A stretch of DNA of 25,728 bases from Candidatus Krumholzibacteriia bacterium (GTDB taxonomy: Bacteria > Krumholzibacteriota > Krumholzibacteriia > WVZY01), in contig JBHHVD010000044.1 in assembly GCA_046754105.1 (NCBI GenBank), positions 1-25,728 on the forward strand. Reading direction: 5' to 3'. The position numbers and the translations under genes were made by a program. Shown here one piece after another: positions 17,722 to 25,728 of this stretch (the stretch's first letter is position 1; each line of letters begins with the position of its first letter). Under the pieces are notes generated by a model that saw only the letters and a list, made by a program, of their open reading frames with translations, made no database searches and was not told the origin of the DNA.

Positions 17722-19527
17722 GTGGAGTTCTTTGACGACGATGAGGTGCTCGACCGATCCTACGACAGGACCTTGATGCGCCGAATCCTCGGCTACCTCA
17801 AGCCGTACCGCGGGCTGGTGGTGGTCAGCATCGCGCTGCTGCTGCTCGTGTCGCTGTTTCAACTCGCTCCGCCGTACCTGTCCAAGATCGCGATCGACCG
17901 GTACATTACACCGGATGGTTCGCTCGACACCGGCGCCCGCTACGCCGGCTTGATGAAAGTCGTGGCGGTCTTTTTGCTGGCGCTGCTCATGGCGTTCGCC
18001 ACCAACTACCTGCAGATCTACGTGATGGCATACGTGGGGCAGCGCGTCATGTACGACCTGAGGATGCAGATCTTCAAGCACCTGCAAAAAATGGAGGTCG
18101 CGTATTTCGACAAGAACCCCGTCGGCCGCCTGATGACGCGCCTGACCAGCGACGTGGAAGTGCTCAACGAGATGTTCACCTCCGGGGTCGTGGCGATTTT
18201 CCTCGACCTGTTCACGCTGATCGGCATCATGATCGTTCTGTGTTACTTGAACCTCAAGCTCGCGCTGATCACGTTTACGCTGCTGCCGCTGCTCTTCGTG
18301 GCCGCGACGATCTTCAGGACGAGCGTGCGCAGGACCTACCGCCAACTGCGCAAGCGGGTGGCGGCGATCAACGCGTTTCTGCAGGAAAACATTACGGGAA
18401 TGAGCGTGGTCCAGATATTCAACCGTGAGAATGCGCAGTACCGGCAGTTCAGTGGCCGCAACAGGAAACTCTACGACGCCCACATCCGCACCATCATGGC
18501 GTACGCCATATTCTACCCTGCGATAGAGATCCTCAGTTCGGTCGCGATCGGCCTCATCCTTTGGTACGGGGGCAAGGGAGTGCTCGACGGGGCTATCACG
18601 TTCGGCTCGATGGTCGCGTTCGTCCAGTACGCACAGCGTTTCTACCGGCCGATAAGTGACCTGAGCGAAAAGTACAACGTCCTGCAATCGGCGATGGCGT
18701 CCTCGGAGCGCATCTTCGGCCTCCTCGACACGGAGCCTCGCATCAACGACCCGGACCGGCCGGTGACGATCCCCGCCGCCCCCGCCGAGGTGGTTTTCGA
18801 AAGCGTGCACTTTTCGTACAACCCGGGCGAGGAGATCCTGCACGACGTCAGTTTCAACGTCGCGGCGGGCGAGAAAGTGGCCATCGTCGGGTACACCGGT
18901 TCGGGGAAGACGACGATCATCAACCTGCTGTCCCGCTATTACGATGTCCAGCAGGGGCGTATCCTGATCGACGGCGTGGACATCCGCCAGTACCGGCAGC
19001 GGGAACTGCACCGGTACATTGCGACCGTGCTGCAGGATGTTTTTCTTTTTTCCGGCGATATCGCCCATAACATCCATCTCGGCGACCAGGCCATTACTCC
19101 CGAGCAAATGGAGGAGGTCGCGCGGTACATCAACGCGGACCGTTTTATCAAGAACCTCCCCGGCGGCTACGCGGAACAGGTCGGGGAACGAGGCCGAACG
19201 CTGTCGGTGGGCGAGCGGCAGCTCTTGTCCTTTGCGCGGGCGCTTGCGTACGAACCGAAGATTCTCGTTCTCGACGAAGCGACGTCCAGCGTGGATACGG
19301 ATACCGAATACCTCGTGCAGGACGCCCTGAAGAAATTCATGTCCGGCCGCACGTCGATCGTCATCGCACACCGGCTTTCCACGATCCGTTACGTCGACCG
19401 CATTATCGTGATCCACAAGGGCCGGATCGTCGAGCGCGGCTCGCACCGGGAACTGCTGGAGCGAGGCGGCCACTATTCGAAGCTCTACGAACTGCAGTAC
19501 AAGGACCAGGAGAGAGAGGTTCACTAG
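17722..19527 (+). CDS. ABC exporter half-transporter (TMD+NBD), partner subunit
   Basis: GYTGSGKT; non-canonical signature LSVGERQ; VLDEATSS; AHRLST. Confidence 0.93.
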   Translation: MEFFDDDEVLDRSYDRTLMRRILGYLKPYRGLVVVSIALLLLVSLFQLAPPYLSKIAIDRYITPDGSLDTGARYAGLMKVVAVFLLALLMAFATNYLQIYVMAYVGQRVMYDLRMQIFKHLQKMEVAYFDKNPVGRLMTRLTSDVEVLNEMFTSGVVAIFLDLFTLIGIMIVLCYLNLKLALITFTLLPLLFVAATIFRTSVRRTYRQLRKRVAAINAFLQENITGMSVVQIFNRENAQYRQFSGRNRKLYDAHIRTIMAYAIFYPAIEILSSVAIGLILWYGGKGVLDGAITFGSMVAFVQYAQRFYRPISDLSEKYNVLQSAMASSERIFGLLDTEPRINDPDRPVTIPAAPAEVVFESVHFSYNPGEEILHDVSFNVAAGEKVAIVGYTGSGKTTIINLLSRYYDVQQGRILIDGVDIRQYRQRELHRYIATVLQDVFLFSGDIAHNIHLGDQAITPEQMEEVARYINADRFIKNLPGGYAEQVGERGRTLSVGERQLLSFARALAYEPKILVLDEATSSVDTDTEYLVQDALKKFMSGRTSIVIAHRLSTIRYVDRIIVIHKGRIVERGSHRELLERGGHYSKLYELQYKDQEREVH

Positions 19528-19545
19528 CCCCGGTGTAACGACGGC

Positions 19546-20691
19546 ATGCAGCCCATCGAATTCATTACCGATACGCTGGCTCACTTCGTTCGCGGCGACG
19601 ACGGCCCGCCGCCGGGGATTCCCGCGCATGTGGCACCCGAGTTCGAGCAGGAGTTGACCTGGCTGTGCGAGTGGCACTCGGTGACGGCGATCGTGCTCTC
19701 TTCGCTACAGAAACTGGCGCTGCGGCCGGGTATGTCGCGCCTGGCCTGGGCGCGCATGAAGGCGCTGGCGGAGACCGGCGCGACGCTCAGCCGCGAGCTC
19801 GTGGCTGCGGCCCGATCGCTCGCCGCTGACCTCGACCGCGCCGGCATAAGAAACCTCCTCGTGCAGGACGTGGCTTACGCGCTGACCCTTTACCCCCTGC
19901 CTGAACTGCGTCCCGTGGAGTCCATCGAGATCCTGGTCGACGAGCGTGACTGGGACGGTGTCATCGATTCGTGCGCCCGTGCCGGATTCACGTGCCGGGA
20001 CAACGTGCACGCTTTTCGCGATGGAGCGGAAGCGCTCGCCTATTACCAGCGTTTTTCGCCGTGCCTGCTGCACAACCCCAACGGTGACCGCCTGCGGCTG
20101 AGGTTCCGGCTCTTCGAGCCCGGCTCTCCGGACCCGGCGGAAGCGTGCTGGCGGCGGGGCGGCCCGCTGGGAGAAGGAGGACCCGCCGGACTCGCGCTGG
20201 AGGACCAACTCATCGCTTCGTGCGTCACCCACAACGTGTCTCGTTTCGGCCGGCTGCTCGACGCCGTGGATATCGGTCTCATAGTGGCGCGCCGGGGAGA
20301 CGGGATCGACTGGGGCTACGTGGGAGAACGCATGCGGTCGCGGGCGGTATACGCGGCGGGAGTCTTGACCATGCGGCACGCCGTCGAGGTGATGAGGCTG
20401 CCGCCGTCGCTGGTCCGGCTGAAGTCTCCCGGGATCGTGCGCAAGCACCTGTTCTTTTTTCTGTGGCCAGGGATGGAGGAGGAGTTCTCCAGTGGCAGCC
20501 AGCGTCGTCAACACCGGCTGCGTTACTGCCTGCTGGAAATGGACGGGTGGCCCGAGAAAGTGCGTTTCATGACACGGCTTTTTTCTCCGAGACGGCAATG
20601 GGTCGAGGCCTTCTTCGGCAAACCGTACTCGCCGTGGCTCAAACTCCGGTTCGTGGTCCTGGCGCTGCGCGATCGCCTGGGAGCCACGTAG
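19546..20691 (+). CDS. Nucleotidyltransferase-family (NTP_transf_5-like) protein with degenerate catalytic motifs
   Basis: LDRAGIRNLLV...LYPLPELRPVESIEILV, LALEDQLI..C..H, LLDAVDI, IDWGYV follow the family layout. Confidence 0.65.
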   Translation: MQPIEFITDTLAHFVRGDDGPPPGIPAHVAPEFEQELTWLCEWHSVTAIVLSSLQKLALRPGMSRLAWARMKALAETGATLSRELVAAARSLAADLDRAGIRNLLVQDVAYALTLYPLPELRPVESIEILVDERDWDGVIDSCARAGFTCRDNVHAFRDGAEALAYYQRFSPCLLHNPNGDRLRLRFRLFEPGSPDPAEACWRRGGPLGEGGPAGLALEDQLIASCVTHNVSRFGRLLDAVDIGLIVARRGDGIDWGYVGERMRSRAVYAAGVLTMRHAVEVMRLPPSLVRLKSPGIVRKHLFFFLWPGMEEEFSSGSQRRQHRLRYCLLEMDGWPEKVRFMTRLFSPRRQWVEAFFGKPYSPWLKLRFVVLALRDRLGAT

Positions 20692-20804
20692 CGCCGCCGA
20701 TTGGGAGTCCTGGTTGCCTGTCCCGCGGGTAGTGGGGGTCATCGGCGACAGGGCCCGCGCGAAACAGACAGCGAACTTCCAGGGGCCCATGGAGGTAACT
20801 CGAA

Positions 20805-21044
20805 ATGGATGACAAGGCGAACATCGTGATCGACACGCGCGGGCTCTTTTGCCCGGTGCCGATCATCAAGGCATCGGACGCGATGCGCGTGATCGAGAAG
20901 GACGCAGCGGTCGAGGTCATCTCCGACGATCCCGCTATCGAATTCGATCTGCCCGCGTGGTGCGAGAGTCACGGGCACCGGATCGAGTCGAGCGCCGTCG
21001 AGGGAGAGGTTCGCCGCTACGTCGTTCGCAAGGGCGGAGGGTAA
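20805..21044 (+). CDS. TusA/SirA family sulfur carrier protein
   Basis: IDTRGLFCPVPII (CPxP), SDDP, DLPAWC...GH; SD GGAGG. Confidence 0.9.
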   Translation: MDDKANIVIDTRGLFCPVPIIKASDAMRVIEKDAAVEVISDDPAIEFDLPAWCESHGHRIESSAVEGEVRRYVVRKGGG

Positions 21045-21054
21045 GCGATCCCGC

Positions 21055-21083
21055 TTGGCCGCCCGCCCCGCGGATGCTATCTT
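21055..21083 (+). promoter_or_regulatory. Putative internal sigma70 promoter for selD
   Basis: TTGGCC, 17 nt, TATCTT with extended -10 TG. Confidence 0.45.
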
Positions 21084-21110
21084 GGAGAAGGCCCGAGAGG
21101 AGGTGGAACC

Positions 21111-22157
21111 GTGAACAGGGGAAAAGAGATTCGACTGACGCAATACGCGACCTGCGCCGGTTGAGCGTCCAAATTCGATGCAACGGGTTTGCATGACATC
21201 CTGAAAGGGTTCCCCCTCCAGGCGGACCCCGACCTGCTGGTCGGGCACGCCGGGGCGGACGACGCCGGCGTGTACCGTCTCGATGACGAGCGCGCCCTGG
21301 TGCTCACCGTCGACTTTTTTACGCCGGTCGTGGATGACCCCTTCGATTACGGGCGCGTGGCGGCGGCGAATTCCCTGAGCGACGTCTACGCGATGGGTGG
21401 TCGGCCGCTGGTCGCGTTGAACATCGCCGCGTTTCCCGAGGGAGACCTGGACGACGGCGTCCTGGCCGACATCCTGCGCGGGGGGGCTGCGATCGCCAAG
21501 GAAGCGGGGATCGTTATCGCCGGCGGTCACACGGTGAAAGACAAGGAAATGAAGTACGGTCTCTCCGTCGTCGGCACGGTTCACCCCGACCGCATCATCC
21601 AGAACGCGGGCGCCGAGCCGGGCGACCGTCTCATCCTCACCAAGGCACTCGGCACGGGTATCCTAAGCACGGCGCTCAAGGCGGGGGACCTGGGAACGAA
21701 GGAATACGAGGCTCTGGTCGGGTCGATGACGCAGCTCAACCGGGCGGCATCGGAGGCGATGGCGGGCGCCGGCGTCCATGCCTGCACCGACGTCACCGGC
21801 TACGGCCTGGTCGGGCACGCCTTCGAGATGGCGAGGGCGGGCGACGTCGTGATCGAGCTTTCCGCCGCCGGCCTGCCGGTATTGCCCGGTACGCGAGAGG
21901 CGGTGGATAAGAGCTACCTGACAGGCGGTGGCGCCGCCAACCGGCGCTTCGTCGAAGGGTCCGTGGAGTGGAAGGGTCCGGTCGATTCCACGCTGGAGCA
22001 CATCATGTTCGACCCACAAACGTCGGGCGGGCTGTTGATCGCCGTCCCCGAAGCGAAGAGCGAGGGTCTGTTGTCCGGGATCCAGCCCTCGTGCGAGGCC
22101 GCCCGCATCGTCGGCCGAGTGGGGGAAAAGGCCCGGGCCGGTATCCGCATCGTCTAG
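21111..22157 (+). CDS. selD: Selenophosphate synthetase (selenide, water dikinase), selenoprotein with in-frame UGA at 21162-21164 (Sec18), 348 aa
   Basis: SD AGGAGG, GTG 21111, MNRGKEIRLTQYATCAG-U-ASK in frame with the 21189 ORF; DDAGVY, TVDFFTP, AANSLSDVYAMGG, GGHT, TDVTGYGL, DPQTSGGLL. Confidence 0.95.
21175..21196 (+). promoter_or_regulatory. Bacterial SECIS-like hairpin
   Basis: ATGCAA (21178-21183)-CGGGT-TTGCAT (21189-21194), extendable by TC/GA with a bulged G; G-rich loop starts about 20 nt after the UGA. Confidence 0.7.
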
Positions 22158-22168
22158 AGCCCGCCAAA

Positions 22169-23518
22169 TCAGAACACCATTGCCAGCCGCGCCTGCCCCG
22201 GTGGCTCCGGCCTTGCGACCCGCACGCAGGACCCCTCGAGGTCCGCTTCGAAAAACCGCACCAGGAACGAATCACGCGCGATGGCGAAAAACGGTTTTTC
22301 CGCCGAGGGCACCGGCCGTTGCGACGGCAGGCGAATGGTGCGCGGGTTGACGAAACGGTCGCCGACCTTGATGCGGTAGTCGAGATGGGCCGCCGTCACC
22401 CTGCCGGTCGAACCGAGATATCCGATCACTTGTCCCTGTTTGACCCGGACGCCTTTACGAATCCCTCTTGCGAATCCCTGCAGGTGCAGATAGTACGTCG
22501 TGTAGCGGTTGTTGTGGCGGATCTTGACGTAGTTGCCGTTGGCGCCGTGGCGCGTTGCCGCCAGGATGGTCCCGCTGCCGGTGGAACGAATCGCCGTGCC
22601 GCGCGGCGCCACGTAGTCCACGCCGAGATGCGGCTTGTACGTGCGGCTGACCGGGTGCAGGCGGCGGTGGGTGAAATTCGACGATATCCGCCGGTAGCGA
22701 AGCGGTGCCCTGAGGAGTGATTTCTGAAGCGATCGTCCGCGCGCGTCGTAGTAACTCTCCGATCCGTCGCGCGTCTTGAAGCGAACGGCGAAGTGCTCGC
22801 GCCCCCGGGTAAAGATCTTCGCAGCGAGCACGTGGCCGAGCCGGGTCTTGCCGTCGGGATAAACACGGTTCTCATAGAGAATCGTGAACGTGTCGCCCTT
22901 GCGGATGTCCTTGAAAAAATCGATATCCCACTGAAAGATGACGGCCAGGTGGGAGGCCAGCTCGGGATTGGCGCCTTTTTCCTGCAGCGTGGCGAAGATC
23001 GAGTTGCGAATCGTCCCGCTGGTCACGTAGTGCTCCATCCGGTACTGGACCGTATCCCGTCGTGTCACCCAGCGATCGTCCACCCGTTTGACTCGCAGCA
23101 CGCTCTCCGAATCGATGGCGAAATGGAGGCTGTCCACACGTCCGCCGCCGTTGTGAAAAACGTCGAACTTCTGGCCGGGTCGCGTGCGCTTGAAGTTGTA
23201 GAGCTTGCGACTGGCCTGGACGATGTCGTGGACCACCCGCGGGTCGACACCGGAACGGCGCATTTCCACAAAAAAAGAGGCGCCCCGCGAAATCCTGCCG
23301 TGCGTCACCGTGGGCGGCGGTACGGCTGCCTCGACGGCCACCGACGAGTCCGCGGGCGGCATGGCGGCGCCGGTGGCGGTTTCGGGAGCGACGCTCGCCG
23401 GGGGGGTCAACAAAGGCTCGAGCAGGACAGCCCGGCCCTCGTAGACCGCGATGGCGGCGACGACGATCAACAGCGGAACGAGCCTTCGCACGGGAAACCT
23501 TTTGTACATTCTTGCCAT
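22169..23518 (-). CDS. M23 family peptidoglycan DD-endopeptidase (MepM-like)
   Basis: N-terminal anchor; WDIDF; ISSNF..RRLHPV; HLGVDY; YLHL; GSTGRVTAAHLDY. Confidence 0.92.
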   Translation of the reverse strand: MARMYKRFPVRRLVPLLIVVAAIAVYEGRAVLLEPLLTPPASVAPETATGAAMPPADSSVAVEAAVPPPTVTHGRISRGASFFVEMRRSGVDPRVVHDIVQASRKLYNFKRTRPGQKFDVFHNGGGRVDSLHFAIDSESVLRVKRVDDRWVTRRDTVQYRMEHYVTSGTIRNSIFATLQEKGANPELASHLAVIFQWDIDFFKDIRKGDTFTILYENRVYPDGKTRLGHVLAAKIFTRGREHFAVRFKTRDGSESYYDARGRSLQKSLLRAPLRYRRISSNFTHRRLHPVSRTYKPHLGVDYVAPRGTAIRSTGSGTILAATRHGANGNYVKIRHNNRYTTYYLHLQGFARGIRKGVRVKQGQVIGYLGSTGRVTAAHLDYRIKVGDRFVNPRTIRLPSQRPVPSAEKPFFAIARDSFLVRFFEADLEGSCVRVARPEPPGQARLAMVF

Positions 23519-23545
23519 TCACCTTTCGAGAGCGGTCGCTACCGG

Positions 23546-23582
23546 CGCTATTCATGCAAGGAAAGTACCAGAATGAATAGCG
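23546..23582 (-). promoter_or_regulatory. Sigma54-type promoter enclosed by a perfect 10-bp inverted repeat
   Basis: Minus strand TGGTAC-TTTCC-TTGCA (23570-23555); arms CGCTATTCAT (23546-23555) and ATGAATAGCG (23573-23582). Confidence 0.6.
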
Positions 23583-23683
23583 GTTGAACCCGGATCCTGG
23601 CAAGAAGAAATGTGCATCGGCGGGCGATCGACCGTCCGTGAACGCATCGAAGACGTGGAACGGGGGACGGCGGGCTCGGGTCC

Positions 23684-25636
23684 CTATTTTAGCAGGACGA
23701 CTTTGCGGACCGGGACGGTCGTGCCGGCCACGGTGAGGTGGGCGAAGTACACGCCGCTCGCCAGGGGCCGGCCGCCGGCGTCGACGCCATTCCATACCGC
23801 CTGGTAGGTGCCGGGCGCCACGTCGCGTTCTACGAGCGTCGCCACCCGTGCTCCGGAGACGTCGTATATGGAGAGCCTCACGGGTACCGGCCCGCCGCGC
23901 GGGGAGGCGACCGTGTAGGGGATGTGGGTGACCGGATTGAAGGGGTTGGGGAAATTGGGTCCCAGGTGGGAGGCGACGGGGGGTACCTCGCCCAGGCCGG
24001 TGGCGACGTTGGTCACTGTGGTGGTCCGTGCGTTGCTCCACAGGCTGGAGTGGTTCTCGGCGTCACGCGCCCGGATCTGGTAGGTGAAGTCGCCGGTGCT
24101 CGACGGCGTGTGGACGATGCCGGTTGCCGTCACGTTGCTCGCGACGATCGACTTGCTCTCGAAGGTCGGCACCGGGTTGGGAATGTCGATGTAGATGCCT
24201 TCCTTGAGAACCGAGGCATCGGTTACGTAGTTGAAACGGACGTGGACGTCCGTGCCCGCGTAGGCGGTGAGTGGAAAAATCGCCGTGACCCACCCCCCGC
24301 TCGCGCCGGTGATGCCGTTGCCGCGGTTGTTGCCGTTTGGATCGACGTTGGTCGTGAGGTTGCCCGGCACCGACGACCATATGAGCCCTCCGTCGGTGCT
24401 GACCTCGAGGTAGGCGTAATCCCAGTGCGTCTCGATATCGTACCACACCTTGGCCGCCAGGGTGTCGGTGGCTTCGCTGACGGTGTAGAACGTCGCTGCG
24501 GCGAGTGTGCTCGCGCGGTTGTCGACCGCGCCCGAGTAATAGCTGCCCGTTCCCTCGAACGCCCGCGCCGTAGACGCCGTAAAACCGCCGTAATTCCACA
24601 ACGGCGAGACGGCGTTGGCCGGGTCCAGCGCGAAAGCCATGTTCTTGTATTCGATTACGTCGTAGCTGATGACCGGATTCGGGTCGGCGGGGTCGCCGCC
24701 GCTCCACGACAGGATCAAGTTGGGGTCGAAAGTGTTGTCGACGGCGAGCAGCGTCGGTGACCACGGCCCGACCACCCGGTGCGGATTGTCGGCAAGCTCG
24801 AGGAGAAGCATATTCATCGGCAGCAGCAAATCGAACGTCGGCTGGATCAGCGTGTCCGGCGGCCCGAAACCGCCATCCGCCGACGTGTTGACTTCCGGCG
24901 TGTAGCTGAAGAACGAATTCTTGGTCAGGATTTCGCCGTAGGCCCAGTCGTCGGTGTCGCCGTTGACGAGATAGATGGCGCCCATGGCGGGGTTACCGAC
25001 AAAGTACCCGTTGGAGCTGGCCAGCGAGTCGCCCATGGCGAGAAACACGCCGTGGTCGGGCGTGTAATCGTAGATATAGCCCCAGCCGAAGAGCAACAGC
25101 TCGCCGTAGCTGTGGTACGAAAACGCCAGCGAGAAATTACGGCCGATACAAAAATCACGCACCGCCTGCGTCTCGGGCTCCGAGAACGCGTTGAGGCCGC
25201 GGTACACCTGCGAGGATGGGAACGGCGACGAACCGAGGTCATCGTAGCCCCAGGCGTAGCCGTAGTTGCGGTTGAGGTCGACGCCGAAGGTGCCGTCGCC
25301 GTTGTCGCGGCGGTTCTTGCGCCACCAGGTCCACCATGGGTCGGCGTGGTTCTGTTCGACGTATACGTGCCCGTCGGGGTTGATCATCGGTGCGAAGTAG
25401 ATTTCGCGGTTGTCGACCATGTTGGTGACGGCGGCGTCGGTGCCGTAGTTGATGAGCAGGTACACGGCGAACCGCAGCGGTATGTCGACGCTCATCAGCT
25501 CGCGGGCGTGGTGGTTGCCCATGTAGAGGACTTCGGGCTCGGCCTCGTCGATCGACACGTTGTCGGAAATCTTGAGCGCGTAAATGTTGCGTCCCTCGAT
25601 ACTCTGCCCGATTGTCTCGCGGGCGGCCAGGGTGGG
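23684..25636 (-). CDS. M14 zinc carboxypeptidase (carboxypeptidase T-like) with immune-inhibitor-A-like beta domain and C-terminal FlgD/T9SS-like domain; 5' end missing
   Basis: In-frame extension upstream of 25558 reads PTLAARETIGQSIEGRNIYALKISDN; HHARE, NPDG, RKNRR, DLNRN, SEPE, YHSY; WYDIETHWDYAY; NFPNPFNP...SGVYF. Confidence 0.88.
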   Translation of the reverse strand, partial: PTLAARETIGQSIEGRNIYALKISDNVSIDEAEPEVLYMGNHHARELMSVDIPLRFAVYLLINYGTDAAVTNMVDNREIYFAPMINPDGHVYVEQNHADPWWTWWRKNRRDNGDGTFGVDLNRNYGYAWGYDDLGSSPFPSSQVYRGLNAFSEPETQAVRDFCIGRNFSLAFSYHSYGELLLFGWGYIYDYTPDHGVFLAMGDSLASSNGYFVGNPAMGAIYLVNGDTDDWAYGEILTKNSFFSYTPEVNTSADGGFGPPDTLIQPTFDLLLPMNMLLLELADNPHRVVGPWSPTLLAVDNTFDPNLILSWSGGDPADPNPVISYDVIEYKNMAFALDPANAVSPLWNYGGFTASTARAFEGTGSYYSGAVDNRASTLAAATFYTVSEATDTLAAKVWYDIETHWDYAYLEVSTDGGLIWSSVPGNLTTNVDPNGNNRGNGITGASGGWVTAIFPLTAYAGTDVHVRFNYVTDASVLKEGIYIDIPNPVPTFESKSIVASNVTATGIVHTPSSTGDFTYQIRARDAENHSSLWSNARTTTVTNVATGLGEVPPVASHLGPNFPNPFNPVTHIPYTVASPRGGPVPVRLSIYDVSGARVATLVERDVAPGTYQAVWNGVDAGGRPLASGVYFAHLTVAGTTVPVRKVVLLK

Positions 25637-25727
25637 CTTCCTCGGCGGTCGGGTGCTCGCCCTCGCCGACCGGATCGAGCGGCGCCAGGCCCTGCATGCG
25701 GATCAGCACGATGTGCAGCACGACGAG
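25637..25727 (-). other. Cytochrome b/b6-like gene fragment joined out of frame to the peptidase
   Basis: LVVLHIVLIRMQGLAPLDP resembles the end of cytochrome b helix D (heme His followed by xxIRxQG). Confidence 0.5.
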
Positions 25728-25728
25728 G

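Noticed and set aside
16633..19677. 1014-aa minus-strand ORF
   Set aside because: Antisense shadow of the ABC genes; no recognisable domain
20692..20804. Possible structure upstream of tusA (CCTGTC/GACAGG, GGGCCC pairs) as a Moco-type riboswitch
   Set aside because: Short competing stems expected at this GC content; no consensus match
21189..22157. selD as a 322-aa protein or a pseudogene
   Set aside because: Would lack the catalytic N-terminus; UGA position, SD and hairpin fit Sec recoding
1..25728. CRISPR arrays, tRNAs (including tRNA-Sec), IS elements, integrases
   Set aside because: No spaced repeats, cloverleaf/anticodon patterns or transposase/recombinase motifs seen by eye

Overview
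GC-rich bacterial chromosomal segment, mostly core genes. The gene content (Bacteroidota-style LptD ending in RDLHCWE; a peptidase with an 'NFPNPFNP' FlgD/T9SS-like C-terminal domain) suggests an FCB-group lineage, which is an inference. Gene order: accD (partial), folC, ROK kinase, long OstA-LptD, HU, secreted hypothetical, cystathionine beta-synthase and gamma-lyase, two small Cys-rich Zn proteins, putative beta-barrel, degenerate hybrid kinase, TPR/DUF4388-like protein (-), HD hydrolase (-), heterodimeric ABC exporter, degenerate nucleotidyltransferase-like protein, TusA-like protein, selD, M23 peptidase (-), M14 carboxypeptidase (-, 5'-truncated). Main observations the ORF track misses: (1) selD is a UGA-recoded selenoprotein (CAGU motif) with a SECIS-like hairpin; (2) a promoter-driven ~220-nt leader with a long G.U-supported hairpin precedes the ABC pair; (3) three sigma54-type promoters, one enclosed by a perfect 10-bp inverted repeat; (4) a 9-9-9 palindrome lies over the promoter of the Zn-protein genes; (5) the right end looks chimeric, with a cytochrome b-like fragment joined to the peptidase. 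No CRISPR array, tRNA, rRNA or mobile element was recognised. Family assignments come from motif recognition only; no database searches were run.
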